This document shows, one piece after another, positions 1-13,800 of a DNA stretch of 64,000 nucleotides. Where the stretch lies: positions 696,814-760,813 of the forward strand of contig CM082585.2 of the NCBI GenBank assembly GCA_040954595.2, read 5' to 3'. Position numbers and translations under genes: made by a program. A model generated the notes under the pieces. The model did no database searches and had not been told where the DNA came from. It saw only the letters and a program-made list of their open reading frames with translations. Every line of letters starts with the position of its first letter. Positions within the stretch are counted from its first letter, which is position 1. Source of the stretch: Balanoglossus misakiensis. Taxonomy: Eukaryota > Animalia > Hemichordata.

Positions 1-744
1 TTGGCGATAATTATATTTATTTGTATTTCATTGCATAAGCGCTTGCTAGTCGTTTTTTAGCAATTTTTTTTGTAGTACAAAAACACTGAAGAAAACGAAA
101 TATTTTATTCATTCGCACTTCCAAAGAACACCGTGACATAATTCCTCAATTTGCATTTCAGTGTGTGTGTCTGGTGTGTCTGCATTGACGTGAGGCGCAT
201 TGTCCACCCGCACACATACGTTGCATTGCATTCTTTGACTAATTAGTGTTACGTCATGTTGAAGCAGGATTCTGATTGAGTAGTAAGTAAGTTGCATAAT
301 TGACGCACAGCTGGTGCCTCGTTCTCTTACCGCTGACCATTGCATTTGAAAAATCATTGCAGCTTTGACGTTCATCAAGCATGGAGGTCCCGGTCGCCTC
401 CATGCTTGATGATGTCGTTTCTCTGGTAAGCATGGCATTTAATGTTATTTTACAAGTACATGTACACTCCTTCTAGCAAAAACTGGTCGTGGTAGGGCGA
501 GAGGGTCCTCCCAACATCGAAATTCTGACTTTGGGAAGCGTTACAGCACCAAACAGTAAACTCACAGTCGCATGGAATTTGTGCGTTATATTACACCGTG
601 CGAGTAAATTGTACGTCGTTCGTTGGCTCGAGTCAGCTTTGTTATTGTGGAGCAGGTGGTACCGTAACACCACAGGGGGCTCTCCCTAGGCGATTTTATT
701 GTTTGTTTGTTGTTGTTGATTGGCATAATAAACAAATACATATT

Positions 745-993
745 TCTTTATTAATAAATATGGTTTGTTGACATGTAAGGGTTAGGTTATTAGGGTATAT
801 TTGACAGGTTATGGTATATTCAACGGTTAGGATTAGTGTTGGCATTTTTTCGATCCATGGCCGGCATCACCCCCCCCCCCCTGTGGCTTAATGATGCCCG
901 GGGCCGTGGATCGAAAAAAATGCCAACAGTAACCCTAACTGTTGAATATACCCTAACACTTACATGTCAACAAACCATATTTATTAATAAAGA
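745..993. mobile_element. Palindromic (fold-back) MITE-like element
   Basis: Left arm tctttattaataaatatggtttgttgacatgtaag...gttggcattttttcgatcca is the reverse complement of right arm tggatcgaaaaaaatgccaac...cttacatgtcaacaaaccatatttattaataaaga, around a poly-C loop. Confidence 0.75.
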
Positions 994-1184
994 TATATAA
1001 CTTTTAAGGCAAAGCGATAGCGAATAAACTGACCAGGGTTGGTTTTGTTGTTGGGGAGATTTTTGGCACCATTGAGACTGTTATAAGCTACCAGTGTGAG
1101 CTATGGTATAGCCGTTAACACGCAGCCCTGCCACGCAGAGCTTCTATGACTGGTTACTAACTTCTATGTCTATTTGATTCACAG

Positions 1185-1259
1185 ATGCTGCCTGAAACTG
1201 TCTGCGTTTCAACTCGGGATTCTCTTCCTTGTCCGGGGCGAATTTAAGACCGCTCAATG
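1185..1259 (+). other. Exon-like cassette A (75 nt) of a putative spliced, probably non-coding transcript
   Basis: TACTAAC branch site, tatttgattcacag acceptor, G|gtaagc donor; duplicated at 7668-7742. Confidence 0.5.
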
Positions 1260-1501
1260 GTAAGCATGACTTGCTTTATATTTGCTTTTATCGGGTGTTG
1301 CAACCGAAACAATAGGAAGAAATGTATGTCTACGAACTAATTTACATATTCCAGCTTTCAATACAATGTACTTGTTTTTTCCCCTTCGAATTCTGGCCTC
1401 GATTGCTTGTGATATGATCGTGATGTCATGAATTAGATGGACAACTCACAAGTTCAAATCTTCACGTGGAGCATAAAATAAATTTGGATGCATTTCCTTA
1501 A

Positions 1502-1849
1502 AGGGACAAAGTCTCTCTCTCGCTGCCCTTTTTTCCATTAATTATATTTGATACAAGACACCGTTTGTTATTCTACATGTAGATATATAGTGAATGAACG
1601 TTCAGCCACACACAACTTCCGTCCCACTTGTAGACACGAGAGTAAAAATACTCGCCAAAATGAATAATCGTTCTTTACCATTTATTCATTTTGGGCGAGT
1701 TTTTACTCTCATATCATACAAGCGGGATGGAAGTTTTGTGTGGTTGATCATTTATTCACTATATATCAAAATGTACATTGACATAAACAGTGTCTTGTAT
1801 CAAACATAATTAATGGAAAAAAGGACAGCGACAGAGAGACTTTGTCCCT
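1502..1849. mobile_element. Non-autonomous TTAA-target DNA transposon (Kolobok-like MITE)
   Basis: TIRs agggacaaagtctctct...agagagactttgtccct; TTAA at 1498-1501 and 1850-1853; the paralogous site in duplicate copy 2 has a single TTAA (7964-7967). Confidence 0.9.
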
Positions 1850-2188
1850 TTAACCATATAGCTAAAATTACTCCCATATCAATACACAGGGAGATACTTT
1901 AACTTTGGCTGAACGTGTGCTAGTCCAACACTATGCTTAATCAAACTGGCTAAGAGATCTGTTATTATATTAGACGCATGAAGGAAAGTAATGTTGTTTA
2001 GAGTGAAATAAAACAATACTTTAGGCCAGAAAGAAAAAATGTAAATCATGACACAAACAGGCTGGAAATTTTTTCTGACCCTATATTATACCATGTTTTG
2101 CATATTTTCACTAATTTGTATGGCCCACATAATTCTAAAGCAAGGTTGATTGGTTACTAATTAATATTTGCATATATTTGATTCACAG

Positions 2189-2261
2189 TCTTAAACACAG
2201 CATTTCAACGTATGCCGGAGGAGGAAGAGAATACCTAGGCCTGATCAAAGACCGCTTTCCG
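2189..2261 (+). other. Exon-like cassette B (73 nt), homologous to cassette A
   Basis: tactaat branch site, tatttgattcacag acceptor, G|gtaagc donor; shares tttcaac and aagaccgct with cassette A; duplicated at 8919-8991. Confidence 0.5.
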
Positions 2262-3733
2262 GTAAGCACACCTTGCTTTATACATGCTCCATAGCTTGTT
2301 TGTAAATGCTACCTTTTCCCATCAAATAGTGAAGTCACCCTTTTAAAATTATGGTGGTGGCAAGCCACAACTGGTTATCATGAAGAGTTGGACACCACTA
2401 ATAATCATTTTAATATTTTCCAATTGGTAACCTTTATGTACCACTATCCTCAACAATATCCTCAACAAGATTCATATTGCGCTGTATAGCAAGGCCAAAC
2501 AAATATGACTGATTGATAGGGATTTTTCTGAAAATGTGACAAAATCAACAAATAAACAATAATCAGTCACCAATCATGCATTGTGTGTTATTCGAGGGAA
2601 CCTGAGCGGGTCCCATAAACCTGCGAACCCATGCTAGCCATGACTTTACAAATGTTTCCGTCATACTATGCAGAAAATTCTGGCTGCCTTAAATAGGTTT
2701 TTCACTTTGCGCTAGGTGTCAAATCTCATTGCATTCTGGGGGGAAAGTCCATAACCAACTGTAGTAAGAGATAGAAGAAATGATATGTTTACTGTATTTC
2801 ATGACTTCCTTTGGTCAAACATTTCTGTCTCGGTAGTTAGCATATTAAACTTTTTTTCACTTTTGCTATTTTTTCTGTTAAAAAGTTCAAGAATGACCCA
2901 TCATCATTTTAGCTTTTGAACTCCCATTTCTTTAACATGGCAAAAATCGGCCATCTTGAAATTATCGACCGTATGAGATTTTCATCACTCATTTAGGGTA
3001 GCTTAAAACGTGTTTAAAGTAGGGAGAATTGTATAGGCAAGACTTGGGCTGTAAATTTGATGAAATAGCTACATGACTATTGTTCACAAGCAGCTGACTG
3101 TACTGTAAGACTGGAAGTGTTGTGTACATATTTTACATATTCAATATTTGTAATTAGACCATGTCATGTATATCTTGGTGATTGCTCGATCACAATGTCT
3201 CTGCTGGTACAATGTCCTTTTAACATGTTCAGTAATATGGTAGTAATTGTAAGTTTGTGTGCGGCATTTGTAAATTATTTACAATTTATAAATTATTTTG
3301 TAAGTTTCTTCATTCTCAAATTGCTTGCCTAACGTACTGCATTAACATTTAAATTTTGGTATGATTTTGAGTAGACTTTTTGTTTCAAAATTATTTTCGA
3401 CACTTTTGGGTGATATGATTTTACATGGAAAATCTGATTTCCCTGTAATTCGGTTGACAGGATTTTCATCATATCTCTAAATCATGAAGTACATGTATCA
3501 GACTTGCATCAGGCCCCCAAAATTCTAGTCGCCTTTGGCAAGTAATATTAGCCATTGATCTGGGAAAGTTACAAAAATGTGTTGTCCAAGGACGTTGAAG
3601 GTACATGTGGTTTTTACACTTGCTGCATGTTTATAATTTGCAATAGAAATAGACACTCAGTGCCAGCCCACTATCCCGTCTCCTTATTGCTGACTTGTAT
3701 GTATGTATGTATGTACGCATTTTATCAGAATTA

Positions 3734-6700
3734 TTAGGTCCCATTTGGTATATGTATTTATACCATGGTACCTTACGGGATCAGTTGCACCTGTATGTAT
3801 GGATGTTTGTATGTCCATCAACATCAAACATTTGGAAACTACTGGCATTTCACCTTGATATTTAATGTGCAGACAGGGCAGTAGATGGGAGTTTGTCTAT
3901 GTGAAGTTGTCATTGCCAAAATATGCAAATTAGCTGGGAAAGTGTCAAATTCGTCAAAACTTGGGAACTCAACAACTACTAGGCAAATTGCTTTCAAAAT
4001 TGATAATTGGTATGCATGTACCTTATGGTATCCTCTCACAATTCTACATGTTGTGAGCTAATAATGTGAATTTTCTATTTTTAAGCATTTTTTGTCTCTT
4101 TCCACATTGTCGGTAAAAACCTACTTTTCTGGAATTGATCAGCTGACTTGTTTGAAATTTATTATGAAGCTTCATAGGTGATCTGAGTTACCAACCATAG
4201 TTTTGTTTAAATTGTTGCAAAAAATTGCGTATTTATAATTTTGGAGCAATTTTTAGGTCCCATTTGGTTTATGTACATATATACGATTGGGACCTTATGG
4301 AATCAGTTGCATTTGTATGTATGAGTGAATGGATGAAAACCGCTGGGCATATCACTTCCATATTTAGTGTGTAGATGCAGGCAGGGCTGTAGATGGGATT
4401 TTGTTCAAATGAAATTGTCATTGCCAAAATATTACCTGTGTAAATGTGAAATTGGTCAAAAGTCAGAAACTTGACAACCACTGGTCAGATTGGTATGTCA
4501 ATGAACCCCATACAGTCCTGTATGTTGTGAGCTAATATTATGAATTTTCTAATGTTTATTAATTTTTTTTGTCTTTTTCCACATTATTGGTAAAAAAAAA
4601 TCTTCACTTCTGAAAGCGATAGTCCGACTCCTTCAAAATTTAGTATGAAGCTTCCTATAGGTGGTCCGAGTTACCATATTTTTTGTTCAGATTGTTGTAA
4701 AATAGGCATATTTATAATTTTGAGCAATTTTGCCAATTATGGTCAGAATGCTTTGCAATTTGGTAGGCAGATTCCCAGCGGTAACCCAAGTAAGATGTCA
4801 TAAAAATGGTTAAAACTGCGTGCTTGTGTTATTGGGGATATTTTTTGCAATCTTTGTCAAAAACTGTTTTCTGTTAAACCGTTCAAACCGTTGTCAGATT
4901 GCTTTGAATTTTGGCAGGAATGTTCCTTGTAGTGATTGAAGTAAGATGGTGTACAATTATAGAGATGTTTGCATATTTGTGTTTTTGCCACTTTTGAACA
5001 AATGTGTTTTTCTTTGAAACTGCTTTTTTGATGGCTTTGAAATATGGTAGGAATATTCCTAGGGGTAACCCAATTTTTAGCTCACCTGAAAATCACGTGA
5101 GCTTATAGTTTAGCGATGTCTGTGTATGTGTGTGTGTGTGTGTGTCTGTATACCCGATATCTCAAGAACCGCTGAACCGATTTCAACCAAATTTAGTACA
5201 CAGGTTCAGATATCATATGGCAAGAACTGAAAAGGTTTTGGTGGGTGTGGCTTTGATATTAATGAAGTTATTAAAGTTTTAATTTTTCTATTACATGGTT
5301 GTCTATGAGAGCTTTCGTTAATGCTGCATATATGACCAGTGGAAACGATAGTTTGAGGAGATCGACTGTTTGAGGGCGCTGTGAAATGAGACATTCCTGG
5401 CGATATTGCCGTGGTTCTGTCCATGCTCAGACGCTGTACCCGTCGTTACGAATAACTTCCCTACATGAATCCACAAGGAAGCTAACGTTGTTTAGTTGCT
5501 TCATAGAGCGTAAATTGTTAATCTACAGGACCGTCAGACGAATACTCTTTTCAAATGAAGTTTGAAACTACTTACGAGTAAGTTAGTGGAGACAATATGG
5601 CGGATAGTTGGCGTGCAGTCGAATCCGCGTTATGACTATGACGTGACCCATTCATCAAGACAAACCGTAAATGATTCACGCATATTGTGGTCCTCACGCA
5701 GTCAATCTCAAAATGTCACCAGGCTTTCTATTTGTCTATTGTTCAGAGAAAAATAACATGGCGGTTGATCACACTCAACAGTAAAATCCGTTTTGTGTGT
5801 TTATAGACAGTCTGTTATCGCCAATACTATATAGCGATTGCTAGATGGCCTACCCAATATGTGATCGAGCGAGAATGATAACATTGAATGTCTGTTCAGA
5901 TCTCATTCCGTACGTCATACGTCAACATTTGATTTCGATTTAATCCATTCATAAAGAATTTAGAGAAAGTCGTCTTGAATTGTGACCCCGACTATCAATT
6001 AGTTTACGATGATTTTTTGGCGACGGAATACACGAGACGCCATTGTATAACTACGTCAGCTGTACTTCCAAGGTTACCATTTTGTGTGTATGGAATCTTA
6101 TCACAGAGACTACGTACTTTGACAATATGCCATGCTATATCAATGACGCCCCAGAAAATTTGTCAAAAAATGAATTTGTCTTCTCATGGCTGTGCAATAT
6201 ATTTTAATGTCTATTTTGAGGTTGATTTTGGTTTTTGGCTAACATGTATATAAATGTCAGCTTATAGCATAAGTTGGTGTCCGTCGTCTATGTATGTCTG
6301 TATGTGTGCCTCATACAGAATTATGTATTTTGTGAATGGATCAGTTTCGTCTTAATGTATTGATGTATGTATGTGTATGTCCATCAACATCAAAAACTTG
6401 AAACTACTGATATTTAGTGTGTACATAGAAATTGTTATTGCGAAAAAATGCATACTGGTATTAACTGGAAAAATGTTCAAATAGTCAAAATTGAAAAACT
6501 TAAAAACAGATTAAGTTAAAAATTGGCGTGCATTGGTGTGCAAGTACTTTGGGAAGACCTCGTATGATTTTGTTCAGGTGGAGTCAGTATCTGGCGTTTC
6601 CTATTTTTTATGAATTTTTTGGGGAATTTTCTGCAGTTTTGTTAAAAAAAATTCTTCTCTGAAATTGCATGTCCAATTGATTGGAAACTTGGTATGGAGG

Positions 6701-7400
6701 TTCATAGGGCTTACCTGAATCACATTTGTGCAAACGGTGGTGAAATTTGCAAAAATGCATTTTTGGGCAATATTTCCTGTTTTTGCCAAAAAATCCAATC
6801 CTGTGAAACTGTAGGTGCAATTGTTTTGATACTTTGTATTTGGGTTTCTAGGGGTGATCTCAGTCAGATATGATCAAATTGTAATGAAATTTGCATAATT
6901 GTATTTTTTGGGAATTTCTGCAGGGTTTGGCCAAATAGTCTTTGGTAATACCACAAGTCCAATTGATTGGAAACTTTGAATGGGAATTCATATATGTGAT
7001 ATCAGTCAGATTTGTCTGAATTTCCTGTTGTTTGCCAAAATGTCTTCCTTATTGAAACTTGTTAAAGAGGTTCTTAGGCATGAACAGAAATCAGATTTGT
7101 TGAAATCTGGTGAAATATTCATACTTTTTGGTATATTTCTTGCCATTTTTGATCAAAGAGTTTTAGAATTCCATAGACTTATTATTTTTATGCAGTTCAG
7201 GATGGGGTACATGACTCATAACCCCTTACAAAAATTGACAAGGCAACAATTCCACAAACATGTTTACATTTCACAATGGTGCAACACACAACCCTTACAC
7301 CATATACACTATAAACCAAAATGGTTTAAAACTGGTTTTTCTAATCTTGTTATTCTGTCAACCAATCACAGTACTGCACGTGAGCATATTCAGTTAGTTT
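3734..7400. mobile_element. Cluster of nested Helentron-associated (HINE/Pearl/Tsp-like) non-autonomous elements
   Basis: Repeated heads taggtcccatttgg...ccatgggaccttatgg (3736, 4254), tttttagctcacctg...gtgagcttatag (5075) and tttttggctaac (6233). Each is followed by a (TGTA)/(TG) microsatellite and degenerate core repeats. Confidence 0.6.
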
Positions 7401-7667
7401 CTGGTTCCTGATTGCTTTGGAAGTTAGTTAACAATTTCATAACACATGTACATGTATGTGCAACTTTGATTAAATTCTGGTTGTCAATATTTAGGTAGTT
7501 TGTTGTAAATTTCTTTGTTTTTGGATAGCAAATCTTTTTAACCAATTGCTCAGTTTCTTTGAAAGTTACTGTTAACAAGGAGAGTTAGTACACCCAACTT
7601 AGACTTTTACACCCAACTTAGAGCTACTATGACTGGTTACTAACTTCTATATCTATTTGATTCACAG

Positions 7668-7742
7668 ATGCTGCCTGAAATTGTCTGCATTTCAACTCGG
7701 GATTCTCTTCCTCGTCTGGGGCGAGTTTAAGACCGCTCAATG
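7668..7742 (+). other. Exon-like cassette A' (duplicate of 1185-1259)
   Basis: Same branch site, acceptor and donor, all intact. Confidence 0.5.
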
Positions 7743-8918
7743 GTAAGCATGACTTGCTGTATATTTGCTTTTATCGGGCGTGGCACAACCCAAACAATAG
7801 GAAGCAATGTATGTCTACGAACTAATTTACACCTTCCAGTTATCAATACTTTTTTCCTTCGAATTCTAGCCTCGATTGCCTGTGATATGATCGTGATGAC
7901 ATGAATTAAATGGTCAAGTTCAAATCTTCATGTGAAGCATAAATTAAATTTGGATGCATATCCTTAACCATATACCTAGAAATTACTCCCATACCAATAC
8001 ACGGGGAGATACCGTAATTTTGGCTGAAAGTGTGCTAGTCCAACACTATGCTTCATCAAACTGGCTAAGAGATCTATTATTATATATAGACACATGAAGG
8101 AAAGTAATGTTGTTTATAGTGAAATAAAACAATACCTTAGGCCACAAAGAAAAATATAGATCACGACACAAAGAGGCTGGAGTTTTTTCAAAAATGTGTG
8201 CATAAGATCATATTGGCCCATGGTAATCAAAGCCAAAGCAGCCCAGTTCCAAATTCGAAACTCAGCTCAGTACCAGAAACTTGCTCAAAGCTACCAAATG
8301 CACAGAAAGTTTTGAGAATCAAGATGAAAAATCACCAATCGACTAGTGCGCTTGTCTATGTTCAATGTGTCTTCCCTGGTAACAACATGTACTTCCGCCA
8401 CCATGCCATGAGATATACTGACAGCCACGTTTGAAACATTTTAGTATACTGATATTCAAAGTTTAAATGTAAAGGCTTACTTTTCTATAGTAAAATAAAT
8501 GTTTTATAATTGCCAATAATTTACATTCTTGCGCTAATCAGTTGTATGAAAAGTGAGGTGGATCAAATGTAAGTTTCATTTTCACAACAAACATAAAGAA
8601 GTCATTGTACAGTGTTACGTAGATGTCAAAGTGTGTGTACACCTGTCGTTTACAGATATGATGTCAGTTTCACTTGTCACCTAACTGCCATGTTTGTGGT
8701 ATACCCATGTGGACCACTTTACTGCAGTACTGATGTAAATGGAGTTTCAAGATCGCTGTTACAGATTTCTCTGATTCGTATTCCACGTACATTATCGCAG
8801 CACAGTCTGACCCTATATTATACCATGTTTTGCATATTTTCACTAATTAGTATGGCCCAAATAATTCTAAAGCAAGGTTGATTGGTTACTAATTGATATG
8901 CATATATTTGATTCACAG

Positions 8919-8991
8919 TCTTAAACACAGCATTTCAACGTATGCCGGAGGAGGAAGAGAATACCTAGGCCTGATCCAAGACCGCTTTCCG
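8919..8991 (+). other. Exon-like cassette B' (duplicate of 2189-2261)
   Basis: Same splice signals; one substitution seen relative to B. Confidence 0.5.
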
Positions 8992-9421
8992 GTAAGCACA
9001 ACTTGCTGTATACATGCTCCATAGCTTGTTTGTAAAGGCTACCTTTTCCCATCAAATAGTGAAGTCGCCCTTTCAAAATTATGGTGGTGGCAAGCCACAA
9101 CTGGTTATCATGGAGAGCCCCATATAAACTTACCAGCCCACGCTAGCCAGACTTTACAAATGTTTCCGTCATACTATGCAGAAAATTCTGGCTGCCTTAA
9201 ATAGGCTTTCACTTTGCGCTAGGGGGTCAAATCACATTGCATTCTGGGCGAAAAGTCTACAACCCACTGTAGTAAGAGGTGGAAGAAATGATACATTTTG
9301 TGTATTTCATGCTTTGGTCAAACATGTCTGTCTCTGTAGTTAGCATATTAAACTCATTAAACGTTTTTCACATTTTGTTATTTTGTCTGTTATGACCCAT
9401 TATCACTTTAGCTTTAGCTTA

Positions 9422-10173
9422 GGCTCCATTCACAAACACCTCTGGATGGGGGGGGGGGAGAATTCAATTTTTTTACTGCTAATTTTCACATGCCCCCCCC
9501 CCCTGTACACAACCCGAAATATTTTCAAATCCCCCACCCCCTTCTGAACTGCCAAAATTTTAAAATCCCCCCCCCCATTTTCTTTCACAGAGCAAAACAC
9601 ATCACTTATCTATCTTGTAAAAAAGAAAAACAGCGCTCCCATGAAAAGACTTTGAAACTGATGTTTCCCCTCATCAGTGGGTATTAAAACTGAACATTGT
9701 TTTTATTTTTTAAGTATTTGTATTCTGTGGTGGGAGACATTGTAAACCGAGAATTGAAGGGGGTGGGTGTGGGAAGGGGTGTCCCCCTCCCACGTAAGAA
9801 AATTTTATAAAATACAGAGCTCAAAGCTGCATTTTTATGAACCCGGCAAAAGCAAATTAACTCAACTACCAGTATGTTGGGGAGGATAAATTTAACCGTC
9901 GCCGCTCAAAAGTTATCATGGGGTGGGGGCAAGTCCCCTGACATGGGACACTAGATAAACCAGTTAATGATTGAAAGGTGTTGATGAATGGAGGGGGGTG
10001 GGTGTGGGAGGGGGTGTAAAATAAAGGGCGCGAAACTGCATTTTTATGGACTCAAAATAAATATTTAGTCGTCAAAGTTTTCAAGTCCCCCCTTACATAC
10101 CTTCAATTTTTTCAAATCCCCCCCGCTCAATTCTCCTGCCCCCCCCTCTCCAGAGGTGTTTGTGAATGCAGCC
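9422..10173. mobile_element. PIF/Harbinger-like MITE
   Basis: TIRs ggctccattcacaaacacctctgga...tccagaggtgtttgtgaatgcagcc; 3-bp TTA duplication at 9419-9421 and 10174-10176; absent at the paralogous site (~2915). Confidence 0.85.
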
Positions 10174-10869
10174 TTATGAACTCCCATTTCTTTAACATGG
10201 CAAAAATCGGCCATCAATTGTCGACCATATGAGATTTTCATCACTCACTTAGGGTAGCTTAAGGGAGAATTGTATAGGCATGACTTGGGCTGTAAATTTG
10301 ATGAAATAGCTACATGCCTATTGTTAACAAGCAGCTGACTGTACTGAAAGAATGGAAGTGTTGTGTACTTATTTTACATATTCAATATTTGTAATTAGAC
10401 CATGTCATGTATATCTTGGGGATTGCTCGATCGCAATGTCTCTGCTGGTACAATGTCCTTTTAACTTGTACAGTATATGGTAATGATTGTAAGTTTGTGT
10501 ACGGCATTTGTAAATTATTTTCAATTTATAAATTTTTTGTAAGTTTCTTCATTCTCAAATTGCTTGCCTAACGTACTGCTTTAAAATTTAAATTTTGGTA
10601 TGATTTTGAGTAGACTTTTTGTTTCAAAATTATTTTCGACACTTGACATTTTTGGGTGATATGATTTTACATGGAAAATCTGATTTCCCTGTAATTCGGT
10701 TGACAGGATTTTCACAATATCTCTAAATCATGAAGTACATGTATCAGAATTGCATCAGGCCCCCAAAATTCTAGTCGCCCTTGGCAAGTAATATTAGCCA
10801 TTGTTGTCCAAGGACGTTGAAGGTACAAGTGGTTTTTAAACTTACTATGTAGGCATTTTATCAGAATTA

Positions 10870-13800
10870 TTAGGTCCCATTTGGTGCAGGTATATGTATT
10901 TATACCATGGGACCTTATGGGATCAGTTACACCTGTATATATGGATGTCTGTATGGATGTTTGTCTGTATGTCTATCAATATCAAACACTTGGAAACCAC
11001 TGGCATGTGACCTTGATATTTAGTGTGGAGATGCAGACAGGGCAGTAGGTGGGAGTTGTCAAAATGAAGTTGTCATTGCCAAAATATGCAAATTAGCTGG
11101 GAAAGTGTCAAATTCGTCAAAACTCGGGAACTCGACAACTACTGAGCAAATTGCTTTCAAAATTGAAAATTGGTATTCCTGTAAGTTATGTTAACCTCAC
11201 ACAGTTCTATATGTTGTGAGCTAATGTGAATTTTCCATTTTTTATGTATTTTTTGTCTCTTTCCACATTATCGGTAGACAATCTGCTTTTCTGGAATTGA
11301 TCAGCTGACTTATTTGAAATTTAGTATGAAGCTTCATAGGTGATCTGAGTTATCATAGTTTTGTAAGGTCCCATTTGCTTTACCATGGGACCTTATGATA
11401 TCGGTGGATGTATGTATGTATGTCTGTATGTCCGTCCACATCACAAACTTGAAAACCGCTGGGCATATGACCTCGATATTTGGTGTGTAGATGCAGGCCA
11501 GGCTGAAGATTGGAGTTTGTTCAAATGAAGCTGTCATTGCCAAAAATATGCAAATTAGCTAGGAAAATGTGAAATTGGTCAAAACTCAAACTCAACAACC
11601 ACTGGTCACATTCATTTGAAAATCAGTATGCATGTACCTTATGTCTACCTCAAACAGTCCTGTATGTTTTGAGCTAATATTATCGATTTTTAATTTTTTA
11701 TGCCAAAAATCTTTTATGCATTTTTTGTATTATTCCACATTTTTGGTAAAGAAATCATCATTTCTAAAAGTTAAAGGCCTCATTCTTTGAATTTTAGTAT
11801 GAAGCTTCTAATGGTTGTCTGAGTAACCAAAGTTTTGTTCAAATTGTTGAAAAATTTGCATATTTTAATTTTGAGCAATTTTTGCCATTTTTGGTCATTT
11901 TTTTTTCTTTAAAACTGCAGGCCAGATTGATTTGGTAGGCATATTCCTAAGGGTAAACTGAGTAAGATGTTGTAAAAATGTTTTATTATATATTGTGTTA
12001 TTGGGGAAGGGGGGGGGGGGGGGGTTACTCAAACATTTATAACACCCAGCAACTTTTGGTACTGGCAGGGTTTGTCCTCCAATGATTTCAACATCCTGCT
12101 AGGAATACAACCTCTCCTCAACTTTATAAATATAGGCATGACATTGCAGGTTTTTTGAGAACACTGTTTAAAATAACCCTCATCAAGCCTGTTAACTTAT
12201 TTAGACAGACTATTATCCAGAATGAAACGAAACATGGATGCAATAAAAAGATCTTGTGCAATAAAAACCAAGTTGATCATAACAATTATTTGCTAAGTAC
12301 AACATGTACATCACTAATAGAAGTTATGGCTATAAGCATAAACCTGTTTGTTTTGCTATCTTCACTATTCATATTATCTGACTATATTAATACATTTGCA
12401 AGCATACTGTTTCAGACATAGCGAATTTGATAAACATCTACAAATATATTTTTACCTGTTGAAGTTATCAAAATCCAGACACTTGACAAAAGGACATTTT
12501 TCATCCCCTCTATAGATTGATAGTCTAACATAGCAGGCAATCTGTTTTTAACAACTGCAGAAGCCTTCATAAAAAGTTGTTGGCCAGAATGAAAGCTTAG
12601 GGGGACGTAGGATTTCCTACTTTTTAGGTTATTTTTTCTATGGCCCCAAAAAGCTATGACAAAAAATTGATGACCCCCTTGGAATTTATAATTCCCCCCC
12701 CCCTATCATATGTTTTGTTTTGAGCTAATATTATGAATTTTCTATTTTTATTGTTTTGTCTTTTACTGCATTATTGGTAAAGAAAAATCTTCCTTTCTGA
12801 AAGCCATAGTTTTTGTTCAAATTGCAAATTGTTGTGAAATTAGTATATTTATAATTTTGAGCAATTTTGTAATTTTTGCTCAGAATGCAGATTCCTAGGG
12901 GGGTAACCCAAGTAAGGTGTTGTAAAAGAATTGTTTAAAAAATAAAAATATATTTGTAGATGGTTATCAAATTTGCTGTGTCTGAAAGCGCTTGTCAGAT
13001 TGCTTTGAACTTTGACAGGAATGTTCCTTGTAGTGATTGAAGTAAGATGGTGTACAATTATAGTGATTTTTGCATATTTGTGTTTTTGCCACTTTTGAAC
13101 AAATGTAGTTTTGTTTAACCCCCATCTTACCCTATCCATATTCAAATAAATATGAAAAGAAATTTCTCACAGATATTATTTACTTTGATAATACTATCAT
13201 TTGTGCAACAACTAATCAATCAAACAGTCAATAATCATAAATTGGGAGTTCAAAAATATCTATAAGGGAGATTTAAAACCCTGTTAGCAACAACTGTTTG
13301 CCATGTTTTGAGTATTAATGTTTTGTGTAGCTTCTGCAGTTTTTAGGTCCCATATGGTATGTACCATGGGCCTTATGGAATCAGTTGCGTCTGTATTTAT
13401 GTATGGATGTACTGTATTTTCGCGAGTTAAATTTTTCGCGATATCGAGAGAGGCCACTGTTTCGCGAGTATTAATTTTCGCGTTCTCTTATTTCATTCAC
13501 TGCATCGTTATCTTCAAAAACAATTTACGCGACTTTTTATTTTCACGTTATTTTGGCTCTCGCGTATTTGGCGAAAATTAATTGCTCGCGAAAATAAAGT
13601 GTTTTACAGTATGTCTGTCTGTTTGTATGGATGTATGTCTGTATGTCCGTCGACATCTAAAACTTGAAAACCGTTGTGCATATCACCTCGATATTTGGTG
13701 TGCAGATGCAGGCTGGGCTGTAGATTGGAGTTTGTTAACATGAAAATGTCATTACCAAATATATGCAAATTAGCTAGAAAATGTGAAATTGGTCAAAACT

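Larger units (their letters stand above)
1137..5006 (+). repeat. Copy 1 of a diverged tandem segmental duplication (partner 7620-13106)
   Basis: Colinear similarity from agagc(t/a)..tatgactggttactaac to gccacttttgaacaaatgt. The distal part is made of dispersed repeats, so the right boundary is approximate. Confidence 0.8.
7620..13106 (+). repeat. Copy 2 of the tandem segmental duplication, with extra insertions
   Basis: Colinear with 1137-5006; extra sequence at about 8190-8805, 9422-10173 and 12003-12705; lacks the 1502-1849 MITE. Confidence 0.8.
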
